Shown: piece by piece, positions 22,922-33,650 of the stretch
Position numbering within the stretch: position 1 is the first letter of the stretch
Layout of the letters: each line of letters starts with the position of its first letter
Assembly (NCBI GenBank): GCA_002269645.1
Contig: NIVC01000464.1
Location: 1 to 64,000 of the forward strand
Source: Macrostomum lignano
Taxonomy: Eukaryota
Length of the DNA stretch: 64,000 bases
Reading direction: 5' to 3'
Translations under genes and position numbers: made by a program
The notes under the pieces: generated by a model
What the model saw: the letters and a program-made list of their open reading frames with translations, nothing else
Databases searched by the model: none
What the model was told of the DNA's origin: nothing

Positions 22922-24522
22922 AAAATATTCAAGCTACCGTCAAAAAACCATCAAAGCTTTGTGATTGTGCAAAAAATGACTTCAATTGTTTTATTTGATG
23001 TCATTGTGAATAAGCTTTTAGAGTGCAATTTAAGGTGCATTGCTGAGATGATTTTGCCCTTACCCCTAATCGATTTTCTTGACATACGAGTGTAGGGGGA
23101 AACTTTATTAAACAGGGAATATAACCTTGCTCAGTCCCTATGTAAGACGCAGTCTATTTTCATATTTCCTATCTAGACTATAGCTGCCTAGTCCTATACA
23201 GATGGGTGTTGAATTTCCAATTGGCATTGATCCATAGTCGCTTAGGGAAGACTTTTTCAGCTAGCTACGCTGGTCAAAAATTGATCAGCCAGACTTGATA
23301 GCTAGCTGACTTGCTGCAAAAAATTCCGGATTTTTGTTTAAATCGGCTGTCATCGTAAGATTAAATCTTATAGAATCTCGTGCTTTTTGCCTAGCTGTCG
23401 CTTGATTTTTTGCTTTTAAGCCGTTTAAGCCGATTTCAAGCAAGATCGTGCAGGCTTTGCGAAAGACAATGATGGCGCACCGAGATCAAGTAAAGATCAA
23501 ATGCTATATTCTCGTAAATGAAGTCACGTAGCTTTACCTCTATTATGCTGGTACTTCAGAACCTTTAAGGAAATCTTCTGAATGTTTAAAATTTCGCAGA
23601 CTGTTTTTGAGAGCGGCCTCAGAAGTCTATATTAATTATCTGGCTGCTTTAAACACAAAACTGTCACACTCAAGGTTTTGAAGCCAATTTTAGCTTCAAA
23701 ACCGTTAATTTCGCTAACAAGGTAGGGTTAGGCATATTTCATCCACTAATGCTATATTACTTTCATACTTTCACCCAAAAGGGCGCTGAGTACCTCAGAA
23801 GGCGCAATGGGTACTTTTAGCGGAAACGGTTTGTTGTTAGCTGTAGACTATCTTCTGCACATGTAGTATGATAATCTAACGCAGATAGGAATCAGAAAAC
23901 GACTGATTTTGAAGCTCTCTAATTGGAAATTAAAGGTTAAATGCATGCTAAAAGTTATTTCCATTCGATCTTGACGGTGGTGGGAACCAGACCACCAAAG
24001 TGGAACTTTTGACAAAAGAGCCCAGTTATTCCACCACTATGCGGATGCAGTCTAGCTTGAAGCTCCTGGCACCACCAGAGTGAGGCGCTCGGGGCAGATT
24101 CTCGGTGGCCCGTTGGTTGAAGCCCATGCTGGATGATGTCACCAATGGTTAGTTAGTTAAAGGCAGGGGCTGCGTTCACCCTGGCACACTCTAAGCGACA
24201 TTGTCACACAACCAGCGAGAGGCGTTACTGCCCATTCCGCCGACTCCCCTGAGCAGGCATACAAGCGCGCGGATTCGTACGCAGTCATACGCACAGGCAC
24301 ACACTCACACAGGAGTGTACAGCGGCCCTAACTTTATTTATCGTTAGGCATGTACACTTCACTGTGCCTTGGAGGTTGGCCCTCAAGACCATTAAAACTG
24401 CACCCAAGACGAGATTCTAATTTAACCGGGAGTTCGAACTTTGCCAGCCGGAAAGTTTCCAGCTAAAGTTCGAAGGCAAAGCTCGTAGACCCAATTTAGC
24501 ACCAAATCAATGTGACTGCACT

Positions 24523-24580
24523 TGGAATCGAGCCTGGGCCGCTTGCACATCAGAGCGCCGCGCTAGAGGCCACTGGGCTA
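24523..24580 (-). other. tRNA-derived (SINE-head-like) sequence with Pol III A and B boxes
   Basis: Minus strand TAGCCCAGTGG (A box) ... GGCTCGATTCC (B box) at tRNA-like spacing. No acceptor stem is evident. Confidence 0.55.
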
Positions 24581-25423
24581 CGATTAACCTTAGAATTTGC
24601 AAGCCTCGTAAAAATTCCATCTAGATTTAACATTAAAATCCGTGTCGACTTTTGAGTAGTCCATGGGTGAGTATTAATCAACCGATGCAACTTCTGCTAG
24701 GAATCGTGACAATTACAGGGGAAATTCATTAACAAAAGTGTTCTTTGATACAAGTTCAGTTCTTTCTAGAAAAAGTTGCACTTTTCAGTACTGTGCTAGT
24801 CAACGCGTTAACTAAGAAGCCATGCAGTTTGTGCGTGTTAGTGTGTTTAGTATGAAATTTGAAACTACTTTCCATTGTCACATTCGCATATATCTGCTCG
24901 AGTTTCAAATTTATACTGACAAAACATTCCGGAAAAAAAATTAATAATTACTCGTACCCTCGTGTAAGGGTCATCAAATATGGGGGATGTCAGGCGACAC
25001 TTAAGGTCCGCCTGGGCGCCTAAATGGCTTTCTGCCAACAGCATTTATTTTATGCCTTGCTATTAAATTATTTGTGAAAGGTCCATGCAGAGCCCAGGAA
25101 CTGTTGGCTAATGCAGCAGTCTCTCGTAGCCGAATTCATTATATTTTATAGCCCCTTTTATTTGCTGCCGCATTGGTGGCGGCTCAAATCAGACAGGCGC
25201 ATAAAGTTTACAATTACCCGGTCAGTTTTGAGACTGCAGTTCAGTGTTCAGAGATGGGCCCCTCGGAAAATTTGCGTGTAAGCTACTTATGTTAAACAGA
25301 AAAATAATAAGCATTTTAAGTGTATTGATAAGAGTAAGACGATACTGTTTTGGCTCCTGTATTGGCTCTTTACGTCCCCCACCCAAGCTGAACCCCTCCA
25401 GCCACGATTTTGCACATAGAATC

Positions 25424-25579
25424 TGTGACGGTGGACTTTTCTTTGTGCCACCCCATTTTTGATAAGTCTATAAATAGACCTGGTGCGCGCCAGAGGGCGA
25501 TACTTGTTTTCTTGGTTTTGGCTCAGTTAGGAGCCTTGGACAATCAATATCATTCTTATTTATTTACAAGAATGCAACA
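25424..25579 (+). repeat. 5' LTR of Gypsy element 2 (TATAAATA at 25469)
   Basis: Matches 30024-30179. Confidence 0.97.
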
Positions 25580-28500
25580 TGGTGGCAGCGGTGCGGGCTC
25601 GAAGCACCCGTACAACCTGCGTTCCCAAGACGGGGCGCTCGGAGAAGGCTCCGAAGACAATGCTGAAGAAGCCAGCGGAATCCAAGATTCAGCTACGCTG
25701 GAGGGCGCGAATCTGATGGAGACAATGAAGATGCTCCTGACGCACCAGAGTCAGCAGCTACAAGAAATGACTCGCGCGCAAGAAAGACAGTCAGCATTCT
25801 ACCTGGAGCAACTGGCTCGTCAACAAGCGGAGTTCACAAAGCTCCTGGCCGAGTCTAAGCCACGACCACAAGCAGCGGAGCCCAAGCTGTTTAAGCTGAC
25901 GGACTCTGATGACATCGAGGCATTCCTGATGACCTTCGAAAGGGCAGCGGCATCGTGTGGATGGCAAAAGTCAGAGTGGACGATTCGGCTGGCACCGCTA
26001 CTGACGGGCGTTGCGCAGAGCGCATTCCACAGTCTGACGACAGCGGCGAGCGCGGACTACGACTTGGCAAAGGCGACCATCTTAGCGAGATACAACATCG
26101 GCGAGGAGACCTACCGACAGCGATTTCGGTCTTTGCGGAAGGCGCCTGAAGAGACCTTCCAGGTGTTCGCGACAAAGCTGGAAGACCTGTTTGTCCGATG
26201 GATGACAGCTGGGCTGGACGAGGATCAGAGAGAGGAACTGATAAGTGGCGACTCCATCGTCAGGCAGAAAGTGCTTCTGGAGCAGTTTACGGACTCTCTG
26301 ACAAGAGGACTCCAGGTGTGGATGCGAGAGAGAAAACCGAAGGACATCAAAGAGGCTGCGAAACTGGCCGATGACTACGCAATGGCAAGAAACAGCGACA
26401 AGGTCGGCGGAACACCAGGACACCCGAGCCAAGAGACCTCTGAGGGGGCGACGGCGTCCAATGCTATGGATAAACAAAGGACGATTCAGAGACCGCAAAG
26501 CCTAAAGCCTAAGATTAGCTGCTTCAACTGCGGAGGCCCCCACAAGAAGTTTCAGTGTACCAACAAGCCCGCCAATGTCCACTTGGCCTCAGAGGAAAGA
26601 GCTATGGATGCTGCTTCGGGCAGGTTCATCACCGGACATGCGGATGGCAAAGAACTACGGTTCCTGATGGATACTGGAGCTGATCGAACTACGATTCGGC
26701 GTAGCTGTCTACCTGAAAACATTAATTGGACAGGACATCATGCACTATTGCGCTGTTTTGGCGGCGACCTACACCGTCTTCCAATCGCTAAAGTGGAGCT
26801 GCACCTAAAGGGCTACAATAGAACCACTGAGGTTTGTGTGGCTGACTCACTACCCGTAAGCGCGCTGGTTGGACTGGATTTGATTAGCCAGCTCAAGTTG
26901 GGGGGTGGAGACGCCCCGAGTACAGTGCTTGGCAGAGAGACGCGCGAGGGGGTCCACGGCCAACCCCTCTCAGCCAATGAGAGAGAAGGGGTGGGTGCGC
27001 CGCACCGCCCAATGCCCCAGTCAGAGGGGGACGAGAGGCTTTTCGCGGAGGGCATCGTGGCTAGCGGCCTTAACCAGATCGATCCGGAGCCGGCTGGCAA
27101 AACAAAATCAAGAATAACTAGAGCCCAAGCGCGTAAACAACGGCAAGAGTACAACAAAACGAGACAAGAAACTGCAATGCGCCCTATAACATTGGATTAC
27201 GAGGCGGCCCTACAAGACGACAAGGAGTTGCAAGCAGCGGTACAAACCAACGACTTGGTGAAGGAAAGCCGCGGCAGACTGTTTCGGCATCAAGCAGCTG
27301 GAGAGGACCAACTGGTGCTTCCGAAGGCTCTGCGTGCTACGGCGCTGTCCCAGGCCCACGAGAGTGCATTCGCTGGCCACTTGGGAACAAGGAAGACTTG
27401 TCAACGACTGGAACAGCGGTTCTGGTGGCCAACGATGACAAAGGACGTGAAGGACTTCGTAGCAACGTGCGACAAGTGTCAGAAGACGGCTCGAGTCCCA
27501 GGCAATCACAAGGTGCCACTAGTCCAAGTGCCTGGAGTGGAGGAGGCCTTCACCAAAGTTATCATCGATATCAGTGGACCGTATACGAGGACTGCGAGTG
27601 GTCACCAGTACATCCTGTCGATTATCGATGCGGCTACTCGATTCCCCGAAGGAGTCCCGCTGCGAAAGATCGACGCTGAGTCCGTAGCGAAGGCATTGGT
27701 GGACTGCTTCGTGAGGACCGGATTCCCGAGGGAGATCCAGAGCGATAAGGGTACTAACTTTTCATCAGCACTGCTGCAGGCCCTGTACCGGTGTACCGGG
27801 GTCGAGGGCATCCAGTCGACGCCGTACCATCCGCAAAGCCAGGCGTTGGTGGAGAGGTTCCACGGCACTCTCAAGAACATGTTGAGGAGACTACCAGCTC
27901 GCGAGGAAAAGAAGTGGGACCAGTACCTACCGTATCTGCTGTTCGCCATTCGGGAGGTGCCCAACGAAACAACTGGCTTCTCCCCATTCGAACTTTTGTA
28001 TGGACGCACTGTGCGGGGCCCGCTAGATCTACTGCGGCAGACCTGGGATGAGCAGCTCTCCGAAGAGAAGAAGGACATCATCTCGTTCGTGCTGGCCCAG
28101 AGAGACCGACTGCGGGCTGGCCAGGAAGCGGCACGGAACAGCGAAGAGCTAGCACGGAAGCGTCAGAAACTCTGGTACGACCGGCAGTCGCGGGAACGAG
28201 AGTTGCAGCCCGGAGATAAGGTGCTGCTGCTGCTGCCATCGTCATCCAAGAAGCTTCACGCTGAATGGCGCGGTCCCTATGAAGTACTGGAGAGGTGCAG
28301 CGATGTGAACTACCGGATCCGGATGGGCCCTGCGACAAACACGTTTCATGTCAACCTGCTTAAGAAGTACAATTCACGAGAGGCGGTTTTGATGCAGCTT
28401 CCAGCGGCAGCTACGAGTGCTCCTGAGTTGTCCGAACATCTGACACCGGCCGAGAGAGATCGTCTTCTGCAGCTGGTGCAGGACTTCGCGGGCGTCTTCA

Positions 28501-29858
28501 GCGAGATCCCGGGCAGGACTGACCTAGTGGAGCACCGTATCCGGACGACATCTGACCGCGTAGTGCGCATCCGGCCGCGACGGGAGCCGCAGGCGCATCG
28601 GCAGGTGCTCCAAGAGGAGATTCAACGCATGCTGGACCTCGGGGTGATCGAACCATCTGACAGTGACTACTGCTCCCCGGTCTGTCTGGTGGCCAAGAAG
28701 GACGGCTCAGTCCGGTTCACTGTCAACTTCAAGGCGCTGAATGAGCTGGTGGCCTTCGACTCCTATCCGATGAAGAACATCGAGGACCTACTGGAGCGGG
28801 TCGCCAAGGCCAAGTTCATATCTAAGCTGGACTGCTGCAAGGGCTACTGGCAAATTCCACTGTACGAGGATTCAAAGCGATTGACGGCTTTCGCGGCCTG
28901 CGGCAAGCTGTATCAATTTACTGTGATGCCCATGGGCTTAAACTGCAGCAGCGCGACGTACCAGAGGCTCATGGACAAGCTGTTCCAAGGGCTGGACAAC
29001 GCGGACTCCTACATCGATGACATCGCCGTGTTTAGCGCGACATTCGAGCAGCACGTCGAGGACCTGAGGGAAGTATTCGGTCGCCTTAAGGCTGCCGGTC
29101 TAACGGTGCAGCCCAGAAAGTGCTACCTGGGCGGCAACTCTGCTGACTACCTGGGTTTCAAGCTCGGCGGAGGCGAGATCGGTACAAGCGAGGACCGAGT
29201 GCGGACAATCACGGCGCTGGCTCAGCCCCGGACCAAGGCTCAGCTGCGATCTGTGCTCGGAGTGCTCAACCACTACCGTCGGTTCGTGCCCGATTACTCA
29301 GAAAAGGTGGCGGCCCTGACGGACCTCACAAAGAAGTCGGCACCCGATGACCTGACGGCGGCCTGGGGAGAGCAGCAGACGCGAGCCTTCGAGACTGTGA
29401 AATCTCTGCTGGCGAGCGAGCCGGTGCTGCGCGCGCCGGACTACAGTCGGCAGTTCACCTTGGAGACTGACAGCTCGGAGACTGGGATCGGCGCGGTGCT
29501 AACGCAAGAGTTCGAGGACGGCATCCATCCCGTGCTATTCGTATCTCGGCGGCTGACTTCGGCGGAGCGGAGCTACGCGACGATCGAGAAGGAGTGCCTC
29601 GCCGTGCGCTGGGCGGTCGAGAAGCTGCGGCACTACCTGCTAGGCCGCCGGTTCGTCATCAAGTCCGACCATAAGCCGCTGCAGTACCTGCAGATGGACC
29701 ACGCCAACCCACGACTCCAGCGGTGGGCCTTCTATCTGTCCGGCTATGACTACGAGATCCAGTACCAGCCAGGCGAAAGCAACACGGTGGCCGATGGTCT
29801 CAGCAGGATCTGGGCTAGTGACCGACCAAGTGATTTAGTGACCGACCAAGTGATTTAG
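25572..29858 (+). CDS. Gag-Pol polyprotein: SCAN-like capsid, zinc knuckle, protease, integrase, RT, RNase H
   Basis: ETYRQRFR..LLEQF..SL..LQVWMRERKPK (SCAN/capsid-like), CFNCGGPHKKFQC, LMDTGA, HESAFAGH..CDKC, IDISGP..SDKG..LVERFHG, LQPGDKVLL..WRGPY, YIDD, LETDSS..EKECLAV..ADGLSR. The ATG at 25572 is the first in frame within the element, but the true start is unproven. Confidence 0.93.
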   Translation: MQHGGSGAGSKHPYNLRSQDGALGEGSEDNAEEASGIQDSATLEGANLMETMKMLLTHQSQQLQEMTRAQERQSAFYLEQLARQQAEFTKLLAESKPRPQAAEPKLFKLTDSDDIEAFLMTFERAAASCGWQKSEWTIRLAPLLTGVAQSAFHSLTTAASADYDLAKATILARYNIGEETYRQRFRSLRKAPEETFQVFATKLEDLFVRWMTAGLDEDQREELISGDSIVRQKVLLEQFTDSLTRGLQVWMRERKPKDIKEAAKLADDYAMARNSDKVGGTPGHPSQETSEGATASNAMDKQRTIQRPQSLKPKISCFNCGGPHKKFQCTNKPANVHLASEERAMDAASGRFITGHADGKELRFLMDTGADRTTIRRSCLPENINWTGHHALLRCFGGDLHRLPIAKVELHLKGYNRTTEVCVADSLPVSALVGLDLISQLKLGGGDAPSTVLGRETREGVHGQPLSANEREGVGAPHRPMPQSEGDERLFAEGIVASGLNQIDPEPAGKTKSRITRAQARKQRQEYNKTRQETAMRPITLDYEAALQDDKELQAAVQTNDLVKESRGRLFRHQAAGEDQLVLPKALRATALSQAHESAFAGHLGTRKTCQRLEQRFWWPTMTKDVKDFVATCDKCQKTARVPGNHKVPLVQVPGVEEAFTKVIIDISGPYTRTASGHQYILSIIDAATRFPEGVPLRKIDAESVAKALVDCFVRTGFPREIQSDKGTNFSSALLQALYRCTGVEGIQSTPYHPQSQALVERFHGTLKNMLRRLPAREEKKWDQYLPYLLFAIREVPNETTGFSPFELLYGRTVRGPLDLLRQTWDEQLSEEKKDIISFVLAQRDRLRAGQEAARNSEELARKRQKLWYDRQSRERELQPGDKVLLLLPSSSKKLHAEWRGPYEVLERCSDVNYRIRMGPATNTFHVNLLKKYNSREAVLMQLPAAATSAPELSEHLTPAERDRLLQLVQDFAGVFSEIPGRTDLVEHRIRTTSDRVVRIRPRREPQAHRQVLQEEIQRMLDLGVIEPSDSDYCSPVCLVAKKDGSVRFTVNFKALNELVAFDSYPMKNIEDLLERVAKAKFISKLDCCKGYWQIPLYEDSKRLTAFAACGKLYQFTVMPMGLNCSSATYQRLMDKLFQGLDNADSYIDDIAVFSATFEQHVEDLREVFGRLKAAGLTVQPRKCYLGGNSADYLGFKLGGGEIGTSEDRVRTITALAQPRTKAQLRSVLGVLNHYRRFVPDYSEKVAALTDLTKKSAPDDLTAAWGEQQTRAFETVKSLLASEPVLRAPDYSRQFTLETDSSETGIGAVLTQEFEDGIHPVLFVSRRLTSAERSYATIEKECLAVRWAVEKLRHYLLGRRFVIKSDHKPLQYLQMDHANPRLQRWAFYLSGYDYEIQYQPGESNTVADGLSRIWASDRPSDLVTDQVI
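25580..25593 (+). promoter_or_regulatory. Primer binding site, tRNA-Leu type
   Basis: TGGTGGCAGCGGTG immediately follows the 5' LTR end CA. Confidence 0.85.
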
Positions 29859-30023
29859 TGACTGACCAAGTGATTTAGAGACTGACTGAGCGATTTAACT
29901 TTTATTAAAGTCGTTAGTGGCCAAGTTTGCATTGTTTTTTTGTAAGACTTATCCGAACTTTGCGTGACCCTGCGATTGATTTTTGGCTTGCGATTTTTCC
30001 GGCTTCGATCTTTTGGTGGAGGG

Positions 30024-30179
30024 TGTGACGGTGGACTTTTCTTTGTGCCACCCCATTTTTGATAAGTCTATAAATAGACCTGGTGCGCGCCAGAGGGCGA
30101 TACTTGTTTTCTTGGTTTTGGCTCAGTTAGGAGCCTTGGACAATCAATATCATTCTTATTTATTTACAAGAATGCAACA
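30024..30179 (+). repeat. 3' LTR of Gypsy element 2
   Basis: Matches 25424-25579. Confidence 0.97.
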
Positions 30180-30777
30180 GAATCTCTTACCCCACCCAAG
30201 CTGAACCCCTCCAGCCACGATTTTGCACATCTAGAATCTCTTATCCCACCCAAGCTGAACCCCTCCAGCCATGACTTTGCACATGGAATCTCTTACCCCA
30301 CCCAAGCTGAACCCCTCCAGCCATGACTTTGCACATGGAATCTCTTACCCCACCCAAGCTGAACCCCTCCAGACACGACTTTGCACATGGAATCTCTTAC
30401 CCCACCCAAGCTGAACCCCTCCAGCCACGACTTTGCACATGGAATCTCTTACCCCACCCAAGCTGAACCCCTCCAGCCACGACTTTGCACATGGAATCTC
30501 TTACCCCACCCAAGCTGAACCCCTCCAGACACGACTTTGCACATGGAATCTCTTACCCCACCCAAGCTGAACCCCTCCAGCCACGACTTTGCACATGGAA
30601 TCTCTTACCCCACCCAAGCTGAACCCCTCCAGCCATGACTTTGCACATGGAATCTCTTACCCCACCCAAGCTGAACCCCTCCAGCCATGACTTTGCACAT
30701 GGAATCTCTTACCCCACCCAAGCTGAACCCCTCCAGACACGACTTTGCACATGGAATCTCTTACCCCACCCAAGCTA
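30180..30777. repeat. 52-bp minisatellite, about 11.5 copies; one more unit at about 25373-25423 on the other side of the Gypsy insertion
   Basis: Unit gaatctcttaccccacccaagctgaacccctccagccacgactttgcacatg, recurring at 30285 and 30337. Confidence 0.95.
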
Positions 30778-31329
30778 GATTGTATACAGTTCAGAGGTGC
30801 ACTGGCTAATGTGCATTGAGGCTGAACCCATATGTCCCTATAGCAATTTTTTATTTCGTCTGTTAGCTTGGAATCCTACTCGTATCTTATCAGAGTGCTA
30901 TTTTAATAGCCTCTATATTTATTATAAATAGCTTTATTAATCATAAACTCTTTCCTTGCTACTGAACTGAAAGTAGAAAACTGTTTACTAAGTATTATAT
31001 AATATGCCTAAGTGGCTCATCTACGAGTAGTTAGTATTTTAGTATTTTTGACTGGACTGACCCCACCAGCGGTCCCAGGAGGAATAGGAGCAGCATGTTG
31101 AGCCAGCACGCCCTTTCTCCACTCCATTCGCAACTACTTTGAAGACTAAATCGAAATTACATTAATCCACTTAACCAGTCGTTCTATATAGATCTCTTTC
31201 ATTTTTTACTTCATCTCGTCCTTGCAATATCCAGTTTACAGCGGGTTGCACTTAGTGGATCGGAATCCCCGGGGATCCTGAAATTGGGCTCGAATCCCCG
31301 GGACCAAATTTAGTTTTTTTCACGAAAAA

Positions 31330-32390
31330 GTGTCAACTGTTTTTCATGAAATTTGCGCCTACAATATCGTGGTTAAGAAATCGCTCAATGCTCATCAGAT
31401 TAAATATTCGAGAAACATTCTTTTTGTTAAAGTTCAAGCAGAACTTTTTGACTATGAATGCCATTCCGATTGGAATCAAATGATGATTGATTGCATCATA
31501 AGCTCCGACTTGAATTGCGTAAATATAACAGAATCTGGTAACATAGCAGAATACTGCATGTATTTCAAATTAGACTTGATTTAGATTGTATTACCATATA
31601 TGTAGTTAACTTTATTTAATGGAAACTGATACAGACTGACTGAAAAATTGATTATGTTAAACTCCTTCCTGTGACTTTTCTCTAGCCGAGTTAAGGCAAG
31701 CACTAATTGATGTAGGCTAGTCTAGATGTGAACAGACTGAATTGCTAATATAAGCAGCACCTGGGTTCGAATTTTGATCCCGTGATTAAATATTACTAAT
31801 AAAAGTATTTTTCGAACTGAAGCCACCTGAATCAAATCAAATGAAAGAAACTAAATAAAAGAGTCGCCATGTCAACCATAAACTCATAAGGAATTGCCAA
31901 GATGTCAAGGCTCATTGTGTGAATTGCTGAAATTCTTAAGGCTCATTGTGTGAATTGCTGAAATTCTTAAGGCTCATTGTGTGAATTGCTGAAATTCTCA
32001 AGGCTCATTGTGTGAATTGCTGAAATTCTCAAGGCTCATTGTGTGAATTGCTGAAATTCTCAAGGCTCATTGTGTGAATTGCTGAAATTCTCAAGGCTCA
32101 TTGTGTGAATTGCTGAAATTCTGTGGCAGTGTCCTTTGCTGAGATTTCAAGGGTCAATTGGGAGTTGTTGGTAGGCCAAAAAATCAAAGGAAGAGTTAAG
32201 GTTAAGCCATGGCTTAAAAGGAAGCTTTGATGCCAAAGCTCAAAACTTTTTTTCTTTTTTGCTTTGCATAATATTTTCTTTTAAAAACTAATAATAGTGG
32301 CTCTTAAAGGTCAAAAGCTACAAGTAGTTTACTCAAAGTTTTACTCGTTTCTTTGCTGCCGCCCCAACAGGAGGGGGTATAGATTGCTAG
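31330..32390 (+). mobile_element. Non-autonomous Helitron-like copy (diverged, 5' end unclear) with an internal 31-bp minisatellite at 31905-32121
   Basis: Ends in a GC hairpin plus tatagattgCTAG|T. 31365-31455 aligns by eye with the reverse complement of 63620-63715. A tRNA-like cassette lies at about 31715-31775. Confidence 0.7.
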
Positions 32391-33168
32391 TCATCAACGC
32401 TTAAAAAATCAACGCGTTTTTAGTTGCTAAAGATTTAGATATATAGCTTACTATAATCTCGACTTAAAAGCAGAACAAATATGCATTTTTGTTTTGCTTT
32501 CATCATACTAATTGCCTCTTAATAGTATATTATTACCCAGGCTTTGCGGGAGATAATGAGGAATCCCTCGGGCGCCTTCCGGCCAAATTCCAGCTGTTCT
32601 TATCTCTGTAGTGTATTCTTCGGCGCCATCTGGCTTTCTCATTTATCTCCCTTTAAAGCCTGGGAAATACTGTGATTTGTACCATAAACTATATGTGCCT
32701 GAGTTGTACGAGCGCATGAGCTGCATTGATAAATATGGGCGCGGCAGGGGGTGTGGGTGTCAACCATAGACGTAATGATTTAATAGGTAACCGGCCAATT
32801 CACTGAGTAACCAGTTCAATTATACGGCAAAGAGAGACAGATAGACAGACAGGCAGACAGACAGACAGCAGCATTATAACATGGGCACAACCACGCACTT
32901 TTTACCGTTGACATTTTATTTTCGATCCCAAAGGACGACCGATCAGCACTCCATTCTTCGTAGTGTTGGCCCGAGGGCCGCTGCCCTCCAGCGCGGTCAA
33001 TCCAGTAAAGACAAAAAAGCGGGACTAAAATTGAACAATTTTTCTATCAAAACTGGCCATGGTAAAAAACAGCAGTCATTCAATTAAATTGATAAAAATG
33101 CATGATATTCAGGACTTGTTTAATGTTTGAAAATAATTCTAAAGGAATGCTAAAAATAGAAAATGTAC

Positions 33169-33650
33169 AAGGGGCTTTAGCACCAAGGGGCTTTAGCACC
33201 AAGGGGCTTTAGCATCAAGGGGCTTTAGCATCAAGGGGCTTTAGCATCAAGGGGCTTTAGCATCAAGGGGCTTTAGCATCAAGGGGCTTTAGCATCAAGG
33301 GGCTTTAGCATCAAGGGGCTTTAGCATCAAGGGGCTTTAGCATCAAGGGGCTTTAGCATCAAGGGGCTTTAGCATCAAGGGGCTTTAGCATCAAGGGGCT
33401 TTAGCATCAAGGGGCTTTAGCATCAAGGGGCTTTAGCATCAAGGGGCTTTAGCATCAAGGGGCTTTAGCATCAAGGGGCTTTAGCATCAAGGGGCTTTAG
33501 CATCAAGGGGCTTTAGCATCAAGGGGCTTTAGCATCAAGGGGCTTTAGCATCAAGGGGCTTTAGCATCAAGGGGCTTTAGCATCAAGGGGCTTTAGCATC
33601 AAGGGGCTTTAGCATCAAGGGGCTTTAGCATCAAGGGGCTTTAGCATTAA
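33169..33650. repeat. Homogeneous 16-bp minisatellite (aaggggctttagcatc), about 30 copies
   Basis: Visible near-perfect tandem array. Confidence 0.95.

Larger units (their letters stand above)
25424..30179 (+). mobile_element. Intact Gmr1-type Ty3/Gypsy LTR retrotransposon (pol order PR-IN-RT-RH)
   Basis: LTRs 25424-25579 and 30024-30179 (156 bp, TG..CA, no difference seen by eye). TSD GAATC at 25419-25423 and 30180-30184. PBS TGGTGGCAGCGGTG at 25580. Purine tract GGTGGAGGG before the 3' LTR. Single uninterrupted ORF. Confidence 0.97.

Noticed and set aside
23960-24350. GC-richer segment that might be an element fragment or solo LTR
   Set aside because: No recognisable ORF, termini or TSD could be assigned.
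26959-26975. ctcagccaatgagagag in Gypsy-2 pol matches the 81-bp repeat core
   Set aside because: A single short match inside an intact ORF with no flanking similarity. Chance cannot be excluded.
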